Below are positions 16,186 through 28,012 of a DNA stretch of 64,000 bases, piece by piece (the stretch's first letter is position 1; the number at the start of each line of letters is the position of its first letter). Made by a program: the position numbers and the translations under genes. The DNA comes from Utricularia gibba. Lineage: Eukaryota > Plantae > Magnoliophyta. Location of the stretch: assembly GCA_002189035.1 (NCBI GenBank), contig NEEC01000009.1, positions 1,798,001 to 1,862,000 on the forward strand, in the 5' to 3' direction. The notes below the pieces were generated by a model. That model was not told where the DNA came from. It saw nothing but the letters and a program-made list of their open reading frames with translations, and did no database searches.

Positions 16186-16575
16186 ATGGTGGGATGGGAT
16201 GTTGTAAAGATGGTGACAGTAGGGCTCGTTTGGGGAGCCACAAACGCCTTTATGCGACGAGGCGCGGTCATTTGGGACCGGGCTATGAAATCCACTTCTC
16301 AGACACACACATCCCATCCCCAGCTTAAGAAGTGGTTAAGGCTTGTGTTGATCTGGCAATACACATTGCCATTTGTGATCAATCTCTCTGCCTCTGCTGT
16401 TTTCTTCGCTATCTTGAGCGACACTCCCATTTCTTTGGCCGTTCCGGTGACGAACGCCACCACCTTCGCTGCAACTGCTCTCTTTGGAGTGATCCTTGGA
16501 GAGGAGACTCGGCTAGGGCTTGCAGCTTTTGGTACTTTTCTCATTGTTTTAGGGGTTTTCATTTGCATTCTTTGA
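16186..16575 (+). CDS. Transmembrane protein 234 (TMEM234) homolog, single coding exon
   Basis: MVTVGLVWGATNAFMRRG and QYTLPFVINLSASAVFFAILSDTPISLAVPVTNATTFAATALFG match the small TMEM234/EamA-like family; four hydrophobic segments. Confidence 0.85.
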   Translation: MVGWDVVKMVTVGLVWGATNAFMRRGAVIWDRAMKSTSQTHTSHPQLKKWLRLVLIWQYTLPFVINLSASAVFFAILSDTPISLAVPVTNATTFAATALFGVILGEETRLGLAAFGTFLIVLGVFICIL

Positions 16576-16792
16576 GCGTGATGCGTTATGAAACAGTCAC
16601 TGTGGTTATCAGAAGGGCCCTCGTTTCCGGCAATTCGCCTGATATACTCCATTCTTGTTGTCTTGTTTTACAGCAGAAGAAGCATTATAAGCCAAGAATG
16701 CAATTCTTTTCATATCATCAAAGTGATTGATCATGTGAAATTTCAGAACTTGTGTATACAAACTGAACCCAAAAGGAGAAGAAAAAGTGAAA

Positions 16793-17215
16793 TCAGAGGA
16801 GAGTAACGAGGATGAGGATGAGAAGCGCAGCGACGAAAGTGTACTTGAGAGCAGCAAACAGAATAGCCCCAGCTATCACAAACAGCTGCCATAGCAGCTG
16901 CGCGCTTGCCAACGCCAGCAACCCCGTTAACCCGACAGCCACAATGTTATCCGGGTCGGGGTCCAAGACGAGATCTGACCACCGAAGATTGAATCTTGGC
17001 GCCCCCTTTCCTCCGTCGCCGGTTTCCGCCGGCAGCCCATTGGTCCCGTCTTCGTTGTCTTTGCCATTTTCTGCGCGAATTCGTTTCCACCGTCTCTGAT
17101 TTAGGGGTCGGTGGACTCGTTGCGGATTCGGGTTGAAGTTGCGATTAGGGTTCCGATGAAGTTGAGGCGATTTTAGGAAGAGACTGACGGATGGGATGAG
17201 GGCGCGTGACATCAC
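16793..17215 (-). CDS. Probable chloroplast-targeted small membrane protein of unknown function
   Basis: Ser/Arg/Pro-rich transit-peptide-like N-terminus, then PRFNLRWSDLVLDPDPDNIVAVGLTGLL and two long hydrophobic helices; intact 140-aa ORF. Confidence 0.7.
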   Translation of the reverse strand: MMSRALIPSVSLFLKSPQLHRNPNRNFNPNPQRVHRPLNQRRWKRIRAENGKDNEDGTNGLPAETGDGGKGAPRFNLRWSDLVLDPDPDNIVAVGLTGLLALASAQLLWQLFVIAGAILFAALKYTFVAALLILILVTLL

Positions 17216-17402
17216 TGGCCACCGTCGCTCCTTACTGGTTTGCGGTGCGTCCTCCTCGTGGTAACAAACAAACGCAGCAAAAAAGACGACAGAGACTGAT
17301 TCAGAGTGAAAATTTATGGAAAGTCATTGGGAAAATTACCAGTTTCACTTAAAGCAGAAACTTGGGTAGAGCCATAGCTAATGACACTCCAGGCGGTGCA
17401 TT

Positions 17403-17965
17403 TCATGCTTCTTTGGCCATCTCCGGACAGATTTGATTTAGCAGCTTCCGGGCCGCCTCGCTCAATTCCGCCCTCTCCATCTTGATCCGTCATCGCATTG
17501 CTGGGTTCTTTTTCCCTGTGGATGCATAGGTGCTGATCAGAGATTCCATAATCTCTGAGTCCAGTTCATCCTTGGACTTCTTCAAGACCTCCAAGAATCT
17601 TTCAGCACTGTCCACATCCTTGTTTTATTCAAACCCCTGCATCATTTTCCTAAGAGCATATCCAATGATTTCCGGAAATTTGGAGTGACATGTAAGATTT
17701 ACTATATTTCTGGAAATTTAGTTACTAAATTTTCATTTTATTGACAATCATTTCCATAATACAAATTATTTCCGGAAATTTGAGATGTCATCTTTTCTAT
17801 ATTCATTTTAATGGATTTCCATAATGAAAATGGAAATTTCATTCAATGGAAATCCGGAAATAAAACTACATCTACACAATAATTTCACGGAAAGTGCCAC
17901 GTAGCCTTCCGTGAAAACCGTTGGAGATGCTCTAACAGTGGCTTGGAACAGAGTGACCACAGTCA
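17403..17965 (-). pseudogene. Relic C-terminal fragment of a P-class mitochondrial PPR gene (PPR596-like), interrupted by a MITE
   Basis: Hand translation: ...ATVRKMMQGFE*NKDVDSAERFLEVLKKSKDELDSEIMESLISTYASTGKKNPAMR*RIKMERAELSEAARKLLNQICPE. Two in-frame stops. Similarity to the PPR596 C-terminus is recalled, not searched. Confidence 0.6.
17654..17932. mobile_element. Tourist-like (PIF/Harbinger) MITE, 279 bp
   Basis: Terminal inverted repeats GAGCATATCCAA / TTGGAGATGCTC (11 of 12 match), flanked by a TAA target-site duplication (17651-17653 and 17933-17935), AT-rich non-coding interior. Confidence 0.85.
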
Positions 17966-18487
17966 AGGAAGTCAGAAAAATCACTTATTTTCTTGTGTTT
18001 TACCATCAGTTCGCAGAATAAAAACCTACGATCATATGAAGCTACTTTCCAGGATGGGGTGAGATTATAAGGAAATGAGGAAAAAAAAGTTCCATCTTCC
18101 ACGGTCTTTGTTAGCTACATGCATGTCAATATGTTGCACATGCATAAAAAAAAAAATGGTGCACATGCATTTTTACAATACTATTACTACAAGGAAAAGT
18201 GCTCCAGATATTCATTATTTCCTTTTTTGATTATGATATCGTTCAACAATTCAGGGATTAAAATGAATAAAACAAAACTGAATACATGCCCTGTAGCATT
18301 GCCATCTACAAGCTCAGTAGCAGAGTGAAAAAGGTTATCTCAGCAGTGTAAACACGAACTAAACACATTAAAGAACAAGTTTACTGGCCGGATTTCTGTA
18401 GCTATCAGGAAGGGACAAATTGAAGACCGACTGCCAGAGTGCCATGCAAGAGCAAAAGCAAGAATCTCAGCACAACAACCAGTAGCA

Positions 18488-20617
18488 TCAAGAATAATCA
18501 CGTGCAGTTGGGAAGCTAAATCCATCTTTCAAGTGATCGATAGCTGTTGGCCAGAACCACCTGAGCATATTTGGTCCCAAGACCTGCGAACACAATGCTG
18601 TCATTTTTTTTGTCCAGCAGGGAAAACACAGGCACATATTCTGGACATTATTGGGTAATTGAAACTTCGAAATCAAACGGTTTCTCTAGTTTTACAATGG
18701 AATTGTTCCTGTCAGTCTCAGAGGTACAAATATGTAAGGGGATAAGTGAGAGAGAACGAGAAAGAGACCAATGTAATGTTTTTGTAGGCGCCAACATCAT
18801 AAGGATGGTGATATGTGTGCCCGGATTTCTTTGCCAACCATGCTGCTCTTTTTCCATCATGATGCTGAGAGTTGACTGGATCAGATCTCAGTTAACATCA
18901 TAAGGTTAATTGCAAAAGGTATCAGGATTCTTACCTCTATAGTTGTCATGTTCTTGGAAGTGAGGTAAAGATGCCATACCAATAGACTTCCCAGCAGAAG
19001 ACTCAAGGCCGTAGTCAATAGTCCACAACATATCTGAAAAAGATAAGTTCTCATAAGGTGTGTTTGATACAAGGCAATAAATGATTGTCATTCAGGTCCA
19101 CATCCGATCGGCTTAAACCAAATTCACACTCTGTGCATTAATCACTGAAAACCATAGACATATTGAGCATTGGAGGTCCAGTTGCCATAAGGTTAATATC
19201 GATATTCACAATAAAGAGCATCTCTGGTGCATTGTTGGAGCACAATCCGCCTTTATCATTATAGTCACTTGAAAATAGCAATACAGCCCCAACGCCATTT
19301 GCTACTTTTGTGACATCCAAATCAACTTCCAAACTAAAAGAAAATAAAATTTCCTGTAAGCTCACATGAAAACTCTTGCTATGGTGGCTGCTGGAACTAT
19401 CCCAAACTTTTTGAATAGAAAACATAGCTATAATGACCTGAAAATGTGAAAGAGGAAAAATTTTAAAAGCTGAATAATTGTAGAACATTCATATAAAATG
19501 AAACCGAACCTACAGCAGAATACGCGCAAGAAATAGTTCCATAAAAGACCAATAAAAGGAAGGACTTGTAATTCCTATGGCCGACACAGTTGCTAATCCA
19601 TATGCAGTGGTGGTCCTGCATAAAATTTTGCATATGATAAGTAAATGACAGAAAGGATCCATCAACTCCAAAAGTGGAATCCTATATGGAATTCGGTTCA
19701 TGAAAAAATCAGATAACTAGAACCCACCATCTTCAGTACACACCTTCGGCAGACACGGCAATGATGAGCCCTTGGAGGCTTGTAGACAGAACATTTGTCA
19801 CATCGCCTAGCATTAGAGCCCTAAGATCCATTAATTCCAAGGTAAGCAAATGAAAAATATCCTTACTACAGACTCAGTATTAGGTGATCAAAAGAAGTAA
19901 CAGCCAAAAGGATACATTTGGTTGAGATTAGAAAAAATGTTATACCTTTAACTCTTCACTTTTGTTACTCCTAAAACTTTTGAATCAGAATATCATGGTT
20001 GTAATTTCAAGCCATACTTACAGTAACATTGTATGACACTAACATGACAAAGTAAAATACAAAATCTGATCTTTTCACTGGTTCTTCACCGTATGTCTAG
20101 TATCCATAGTAACTTCAGCTTCATGTGGTTTAACGACACACTTTTGAAAAAAAAATAGAAGCACGACTAAAGCAGGAAATTCAAGTCCATGCATAACACA
20201 ACAACTATGAAGCCCACAATCAAAACCCAAGAGAAGAGGAATGATTAACCAATTCTGTCAATGAAGCAAACTTCAGTATTTACAGCAGAACATAATGCCA
20301 TCCAATCAAGTGAGATTCAATAAATCATGAAAAAAAGGTCTTACATTTCTCTCGATTCCAGTATTTGCGCCATGGCTCTGTTCGACATCCGGGACATACC
20401 CAGCTGGAACACCCCCGGGATTAGTGAGAATACACACCAAGAAACTGAAAAGGCAAAGGGATCCTAACAAACTGAAGATCAGCAAATTCAGCAACCCGGG
20501 AAAGCTCTGTAATCCGAGCCAGTCATCAACGAACACAAATACTGTCACGTAATAAACAAATCCCAATACAAGAAATACAAATAACACTGGTAATGATAGA
20601 AATCTTCTGATCTTCAT
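18488..20617 (-). CDS. DHHC protein S-acyltransferase (PAT15/PAT16-like), multi-exon
   Basis: Spliced RRCDKCSVYKPPRAHHCRVCRRCVLKM|DHHCIWISNCVGHRNYK, N-terminal TM helices, NMTTIE motif, last exon VLGPNMLRWFWP. Confidence 0.93.
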
Positions 20618-21200
20618 CCTTCGAAACAACTCCTAAAAAGCAATTGATCGAAAGTCCTAAAACCCCTTTGCACATGCAATCTCAGGGGGCTACACCAACT
20701 ATTCCTCATCGGCACCTAATCGGCTGAAAACCTTCTGTACGCATACCTGTTTGTCAGTTACTAGATGAGAATTGAATGAAATTCCGTTTTTTCTCGCAGA
20801 CGTTTCTGTTTGGGCCGAAAAAAACCGCCGCGAATCCTCAACAGCAAATTGGCCCAACTCTGAATCCCCAAAAAAGGCCCATTTCAGGAATTGCAATTTT
20901 CATTTAATTTCTCACTAAATTAAGATAAAAAAAATTAATATTAATAATTAATTTTCTTGAACCTAAATTTGAGTAATTTTGTAATTTACTCTAACAGAAA
21001 GCGACCCCCCGTGTCACGCGTCGGATACGTTTAATTGACAAAAAAGCACACACAAGTGTGTCCATTTATGGACGTAGTGCGAACTAACTAACTAACTTGA
21101 CGCAATATATCTCCACAAAATAAAAAAAAGAAGAAATTCGGCTGCTGTACTTATATTATTATTTTTATTTAATTTTATACAATAGAGTTTTTGCATGTCC

Positions 21201-22351
21201 ATGGCTTCTTCAAGCTTCATGATGGTAGTCTCCCTTCTCCTATCGCTCATCCTCCCTCCGCCGCCGGCGGAAGCCCGTACAGTCTTCCTCCCTACAGTCA
21301 AAGACGCCGCCTCTGGACTCCATACGGCCCATTTCCACCGCCCTGCCTCCCACTTCCTCGTTGATCTCAACGGCCCCTTCTTGTTCACTACCTGCAACAG
21401 CTCATCAACTTTGCATTTCCCCAGTTGCCGCTCTACCAGCTGTGCTCTTGCCGGAGGGGAACGACGCTCCTGTCGGAACGGGTCCGCTACATGCTCTGTT
21501 GGCATTGAGAATCCCCTCGATGGAAACATATCATTCGGTCAACTCGGGCAAGATGCGATCTCGATGCTGGTTCTCGATCAGCATGAACACTGCTGTGTGA
21601 GAGGTGAGATCGTCAACTTCCTGTTTCTATGTGCGCCGCCGTCTCTGACGGGAATTGCTGGATTTGGCAATACACCAACGGCTCTGCCGCGGCAGATCGC
21701 CGCACATTTTGGATTCTGCCCGGAATTCGCTCTGTGTTTGGTCTCCGAAACTGACGGCGGGGGAGGAATCTTCTTCGGGCAAACTCCCCTGAACTACGAT
21801 TCCCCAACTTGACGCATTACGCTCCTTTAGCCATCGGAGGACGAGGCCAATACATGATTCCGGTGACTTCAATCATCGTCAATCATAAGCAAATCCCCTC
21901 CATCACCCCTTTTTGGGCGCAATTCAGCACAACAACAAAATACCCAATCCTCGAACGCTCAATTTTCACATCCCTAACCGAATCCTTCGCTAGAGAAATG
22001 TCCGGTGTTCCTCGAGCGCCGCCGGTTCCTCCCTTCGGACCATGCTTTCAAACCAGATTCCTGCCGCCGACAAGAGTGGGGACTCCCAATATAGAGTTCG
22101 TGGTGAACAGCGACGTGAAATGGGTTGTTCTCGGCGTGGACGCATTGATAAGTGTCCGGCCCAATGTTTCATGCTTAGGATTCCTCGACGGCGGAATAGG
22201 ATCGGGAAGTGCCGCCGTAATCATCGGACTGACGTTGATGGAGGAGAAGCTGCTTCACTTCGATCTCGCGAGGTCAAGAATCGGATTCGCCGAGTCGCGT
22301 ATCTCGCAGCCGTTCCAGTGTTCAGCGTTCAACTACACCAAAATTAAATGA
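21201..22351 (+). pseudogene. XEGIP/EDGP/basic 7S globulin-like (non-catalytic aspartic-protease fold) copy 1, frameshifted at about 21802-21808
   Basis: Signal peptide, LPTVKDAASGLH, LVDLNGP, GIAGFGNTPTALPRQIA, EFALCL in ORF 21195-21812. The C-terminal half (STTTKYP, VSCLGFLDGG, LLHFDLARSRIGF) is in ORF 21809-22351. Confidence 0.85.
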
Positions 22352-22804
22352 AACTATTGTAATTTAATTTATGCTATTTATCCCTAAATTAATATACTGT
22401 CCAAAATAACAACGAGCATTCTATGTAAATTATAATAAATTTTATTTTACTAACAGTATATTTATTTAAAATAAGAAGAATTTGATTCATTTAAATTTAA
22501 ATAAATATGATATAAAAGGTCAATATTTTTTTAAAAAATCTTGTAATTTTTAAATTTATTCAAAATTATTTAAAAAAATAAATTTATTTTATATTTTAAT
22601 TATACGTTTGGATATAATGGAATCTGATTTGGAATCACGATTTTACTAGAACACGATTCTTCCGCCTCAAGGAATTCCATGTCTGCTTTTCTAGAAATCT
22701 TTTCCTCCTCTTTGCTTTTTTCTCGAAATCTTTTCCTTTTCTTTTTATTGTGGAGAAGACTCACCGGAGGAAGAACTGCATTGGAGCTTTCTTTGGTTTT
22801 AGCC

Positions 22805-23980
22805 ATGGCATCCTCAAGCTTTGTGATTGTCCTTACCCTTCTCCTTTCTGTCATCTTCTTGCCGGCGGCGGCAGGAACCCGTGCAATCGTCCTCCCCACT
22901 GTGAAAGATTCCGCCTCCGGCCTCCACATCGCCCATTTTAACAGCCCTGCCTACCCTATCCTCGTTGATCTCAACGGTCCCTTGTTTTCTGTCACTTGCC
23001 AGAATTCGACTTCACAATTCACTTCTTGCGCCTCCACAGCCTGCGGTCTCGCGGGAGCCAGAAGCTTCTGCCAGAATGGCACACGTACATGCTCTGTCGT
23101 TATTGATAATCCCTTCACTGGAACCAGATCCTCTGGTGAACTCGCGCAAGACGTGATCTCGGTGCTGGTACTCGATCAACATGACCGCTGTTGTGGCCGC
23201 AGAGAGATCACCAATATCCTGTTTGTGTGCGCGCCGCCGTCTCTGTTTCTACCACCTTTCCCCGCCGCCGTCAAAGGAATTGCCGGATTCGGTGATACAC
23301 CAACTGCTTTACCGAAGCAGCTCGCCGCAAGTTTTGGGCTTCCTCCAGAATTCGCCCTGTGCTTGGCTTCCAACGGCGGCAGCGGCGGAGGGATCCTTTT
23401 CGGGAGCATTCCTACCGAACTGAAATTGCACGAATTGATGAACTACGCACCGTTATCCATAGGACAACGAGGCGAATACATGATCCCGGTGACGTCTATC
23501 AACATAAATGATAAGAAAATCCCCTCCGTCGGCCCTTTATCGGCGAAAATAAGCACTACAGCACCGTACCCAATCCTCGAGCATTTCCTATTCACATCCA
23601 TTACCGATTTCTTCGCTGCAGAGCTCGCCGGAGTTCCTCGAAAGTTGCCTCTTCCCCCATTCGGGTTATGCTTCGACTCCAGATTCCTGCCGGCGCGTAT
23701 TCCGGATATAGAGCTAGTACTGAACGGAAATGCTAAATGGGTCGTTCCTGGCGTGGACGCAATAATAAAGATGCGGCCGGAAGTTTCTTGTCTTGGATTC
23801 GTCCATGGTGGTATCGGAAACTCCAGATCGGTAATCCCCGCCGTGACCATCGGAGCATCCCTGTTGGAGGGGAAGCTGCTGCACTTCGATCTTGCAAGAT
23901 CACGAATCGGATTCGCGGCGTCGCGTCTCTCGCAGCCGTTCAATTGCTCGGGCTTCATTTACGGGTCAACTATTCCATGA
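22805..23980 (+). CDS. XEGIP/EDGP/basic 7S globulin-like copy 2, intact and intronless (391 aa)
   Basis: Signal peptide MASSSFVIVL..., LVDLNGP, KISTTAPY in place of the catalytic DTG/DSGT motifs, VSCLGFVHGG, LLHFDLARSRIGF. Confidence 0.9.
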   Translation: MASSSFVIVLTLLLSVIFLPAAAGTRAIVLPTVKDSASGLHIAHFNSPAYPILVDLNGPLFSVTCQNSTSQFTSCASTACGLAGARSFCQNGTRTCSVVIDNPFTGTRSSGELAQDVISVLVLDQHDRCCGRREITNILFVCAPPSLFLPPFPAAVKGIAGFGDTPTALPKQLAASFGLPPEFALCLASNGGSGGGILFGSIPTELKLHELMNYAPLSIGQRGEYMIPVTSININDKKIPSVGPLSAKISTTAPYPILEHFLFTSITDFFAAELAGVPRKLPLPPFGLCFDSRFLPARIPDIELVLNGNAKWVVPGVDAIIKMRPEVSCLGFVHGGIGNSRSVIPAVTIGASLLEGKLLHFDLARSRIGFAASRLSQPFNCSGFIYGSTIP

Positions 23981-24111
23981 CAGATTTGGTATGTGAAACC
24001 CGACCCGATCAACCAAACGAACCTTTCCCTTCTGAAGCACTGATTGCAACAAATCATCCACAAATGCAACTCTTAATCAGTATTAAACAAAGATGATTAG
24101 TGTGAGTTAGC

Positions 24112-26120
24112 TCAGATGCTAATAACTCTATGAATTTCCTCCACAAAGTCCAGTAACAGACCATCTGAACCATGCTTTGCCACCAGAGAAACACCAACAG
24201 GGGGACTGTCATGAACCGCAAATGGAATGCTGACCTGCATATCAGCTTCATTACAAGAGAGCAGTGAAGCCCAGAAAAAAGGATGCCGAAATCCTGGAAG
24301 GGATAAGAACCTGGCAAAAACCCGACATTCCGGCGATGGACAACAAGCTGAAGGCGTTAGCACGGAACACTTCGAGTGCTGCAGTTTCGGTTTGCAGCTT
24401 TGGGGGAGGCCCTGGTACTGTAGGCATTGCAAGAATGCCGGAATCCTGTGGTCTTCCTTCATGTTAGAACAAGAAAGTGACAAAGGAATGACAGGAATTG
24501 AGCGAGGTGCTACCCCTAATAGATCAGTGAGAGCGCCACGCAGCTCAGTCTTCACTGCAAGGCACTCATCAACATGCTCACTTGTCGTCCTAAGTGCATC
24601 TTGAACACGCTCTGCTATTCCAGGGCCTAGATTTGGTCTAACAGACTCAACCCATTCACCATGGTTGCTCTTGAACTCATACCTTGTATTTACAGCAAAC
24701 AAGTTAGCATTTGGTTCGTGGTGACAAAATCTGCAAGGGCAATTGTACCTTTGGAGTAAACGAAAGGCACTTGAGAGTGCTGCCAGTGGTTGTGTTTTGT
24801 TCTCTTGGCCTTCCATTTTGTTGTCCAAGAAGTGCTTTAAACTAGGGACTTTGGCCCCAATGACGGCTCCCAGATTTATGTACTCAGTTTTCTGTCCTGG
24901 TTAGGAAACAAAGCGTTGATAAATGCTTAACTTGTTTGGTTAAAAGCAACAGAACGAAAGAGAGGATTAGAATGGTCCAACCTCCATTGAGCTTGTCTAC
25001 TGAGCTGACAAGAGCTTCGATCAATGAGTCATGAGGGATATTGAGAAGATTGAAACAATCCTTTGCAACGATAAGTTGACTATGTTTTGCTTGAAATACA
25101 TGATCATCAGCACGGAGCTTCAATAGAACCTTCCCAACTTGCTTTAACGTCACCGGATCTCTAGCAAACCATCCTGAAACAGAGCAATGACAGAATATTT
25201 ATATACATACCTTGAAATATTTTGACAAACTGAAAGGCCGGATTACCAAGAAGCTATAAGTTCCTTTGTTTGGAATCTCACCTACTGTATCAAAACTCTG
25301 TGCCATCGGAATTACTCCTGATGTTGAAACAATTCCATGGGATGGGCGAAAGCCGAAGATTCCACAGTATGATGCAGGAACTCGGATGCTTCCACCCGTA
25401 TCAGTACCTGCTGAATATGTTATCAGGTTGACTTACAAGATGCTATGAAATATCAAACCTGATAGAGAGTCACCTAGAGAAAAATCAGTGAGGAAGGCAC
25501 TAACAGCAACCGCAGATCCACTTGAAGATCCTCCTGGCACACGTTCTGCAGCACGTGGGTTAATTGGTGTCCCATAGTGTGCATTTTCTCCATTTATGCT
25601 GCCCAGCAAAGATGAATGAGGATGAATGTGCAGACTGAATAAACATCACGAATGTAACTTACCTGTAGGCCATTTCATCCATTATAGTCTTGCCAACACA
25701 AGTAGCGCCTGCTTCTAACATGGATACAACAACTGGAGCAGTTGATGCGGCCGCAGAATGCGTCCTTGCCCAGTCTGGGTTCCCAAATCCAGTCACATGC
25801 CCCTCGATATTAAATCTGCCCAAAATTTCAGTAAATTTAGGAGTCCCCGCTGAAAAGCTTGAAAACCCAAATCAGTAAATCAAATAATCACACGAGAGTT
25901 ATTTCATGGGTGTAATCGATTTAGCGAACAATCGATGCACATCAAACTCAAAAGGAAACAAGTGGAAGAATAAATCCCAAACGGAAGAGGCTTACATGTC
26001 TTTTACTGCAAAGGTGAGGCCTTTCAGAGGGCGTTCAGGGAGCGAACTCTGAGATGCAAGAGTGAATTTTTCAATAAAAGCTCCATAGTCAGATGATGGT
26101 GTCGAAAAGCTTATCGCCAT
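24112..26120 (-). CDS. AMI1: Amidase 1 (amidase-signature family, indole-3-acetamide hydrolase-like)
   Basis: [95 protein letters not shown]. Introns are GT-AG. Confidence 0.9.
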
Positions 26121-26607
26121 TGTTACTACTTCGAGTTTCCAGGATATCTGATCATCTCATATTTATCTTGAATTCCCCCAACTGATGATTTGGATTGCTT
26201 TGTCCCATGTCGGCTCGTCAGGATAAAGCGGCTCCAAGTTATTTTCAGAATCACACAATTTTTTAAAATTGAAAACTAACGCCTTTTGGGTGCTTGGAAA
26301 AAATCCATGCACTTGCACCTGGAAAGGTAATTCCTGACAATTTTCGACTACAGTACATGCAAGTCTGTTTCACGATCACGGTACACATTCTTCGAGATAG
26401 AATCCATCACAGACGAAAACTGAAAACTGAATTTCCAAAGAGTTGGACTTTGGAAGCTCGGTATGCTATCAACAATCCCCAATCTTGAGCCCAAAAGTCA
26501 AGTCTTTAACTTTACAATCCCCAATCTTGGACACCATAGAGATTTGTAATTCAAGACAAGTTTTTTAGCGACACTCGTTAGAGAAAACGCAACCAACATA
26601 GACATTT

Positions 26608-27354
26608 TCAGTCTTCTTCATCGCTCTCATCGCTGAAATAACCTTTCCTTTTCTCCTTCTTCTCCTTTCTACGGCTTGGTCCCTCCAACGGCCTCTCCTC
26701 TGTAAAGCCCTCTCTTCCATCAACGACAGAAGCCCAATTATCCGTTTCAAATTCCAACTCTTCTTCTTCATTCTCATCAATGCCTCCATCTTTGAATGGT
26801 TTCCCGTTCTCACCATTACCATCTGTACCATTACCGCTTCTCCGCCCTTTCTTCGGCACAGGGCGTTCCTTCGGCCCAAGAAAATTCTTGGGGCACTCGT
26901 AAGACAAGTGTCCCTCCTCACCACATTCATAACACCTACTCTTATCCTTGTACACCTTTTTCCTTATGAACTCAGCTGCTCGTCCATTGTCCGTAGCAAT
27001 GGAGGCGCGCAGAGTCCTGCCGTTGAGTATCTTCTTATCCATACCTTTCGCTGCTTTGATCGCATCCTCGCGTGCCACGTAAAGGACAAAGGCTACTCCC
27101 TTGCTCTGGCGCGTGATGCGGTCCTTGAGCACAGTCACTTTAGCGACTTTTCCGAAGGTTGAAAAGATGGTATGGAGATCACAATTGGTGAGATTGTAGT
27201 CTATGTTGCTGACGTAGACGGTTGATTTTGATGGCGCCAAACGACCGCTACCGCCACTGTGGGCGGATTTGGGTGCTGCGGCGGAGGGGAAGCGGTAGAA
27301 AAACGAATCGTCGCCTTCTTCATCGTCGCTGAGATTATTCCTCTTCCGAGACAT
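26608..27354 (-). CDS. ZCRB1: U11/U12 snRNP 31 kDa protein (ZCRB1 homolog)
   Basis: [22 protein letters not shown] (RNP1), zinc knuckle [14 protein letters not shown], acidic/basic tail ending YFSDESDED. Confidence 0.92.
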   Translation of the reverse strand: MSRKRNNLSDDEEGDDSFFYRFPSAAAPKSAHSGGSGRLAPSKSTVYVSNIDYNLTNCDLHTIFSTFGKVAKVTVLKDRITRQSKGVAFVLYVAREDAIKAAKGMDKKILNGRTLRASIATDNGRAAEFIRKKVYKDKSRCYECGEEGHLSYECPKNFLGPKERPVPKKGRRSGNGTDGNGENGKPFKDGGIDENEEEELEFETDNWASVVDGREGFTEERPLEGPSRRKEKKEKRKGYFSDESDEED

Positions 27355-27520
27355 CTTGGAACCCTAGACGAGAGGAACCAAACAATTTCATATTTTTTAT
27401 ATTAATTACCCGATAAAACACCTCAAGATAATTTAAATTAATCTCTGAATTTTCTTTAAAATTTAACAGTCGTTTGTTTAGGAATAGGAACGCGATGCAG
27501 GGACTGTGTCAGAGACTGGT

Positions 27521-27529
27521 AAACCCTAG
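27521..27529 (+). promoter_or_regulatory. Telo-box (AAACCCTAG) in the divergent ZCRB1/LeuRS promoter region
   Basis: Exact motif between head-to-head housekeeping genes; telo-boxes are typical of plant translation-machinery promoters. Confidence 0.45.
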
Positions 27530-28012
27530 TTGAGAGTCATCTCCGCCGTCGCTGTGGCGCCTCTATTTCTACGGCGGCAACTCTCGATTCATCCGCCCAG
27601 GGTCTGCGCTTCCATTAATTACTCATTTGTGAAGTTCTTCCGCGCTGAATCAAGGTTATTGGGTGGCTTAGCTCTTTATGTGATTCATTTGGCCCAACTT
27701 TGTGTTTTTTCTTGTTGTATGTAATGGCTTATGGGACATCCATTTTCAATACATTCTGTAATGCCTTCGAAGGGAGTGAGGGTTGGGTTTATAATCTACA
27801 GAATATTTTGATTAAGTTTCTGTTCCTCCATGTTTCATTCCCTCGTATTGGGTAGATGCTCCATTTTTTTCTGGTACGATTCTGAAGGGATTTGGTGTTG
27901 ATTATGTAAATACATTCGCTTTTTTGTTTTAGTTTCTATTGTTTATGAGTTTGAATACTATGCTTATTTTCCTTCCTCTAAATTTTTAGCGTTTGGGTTT
28001 TTTGGCCAAGAA

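Noticed and set aside
16186-17215. Small membrane proteins as a PrpS-like receptor partner for the SPH array
   Set aside because: They lie more than 20 kb away, look like conserved single-copy genes, and show no PrpS/DUF679-like features that I can recognise. No cognate receptor is visible in the window, so I do not call this an S-locus.
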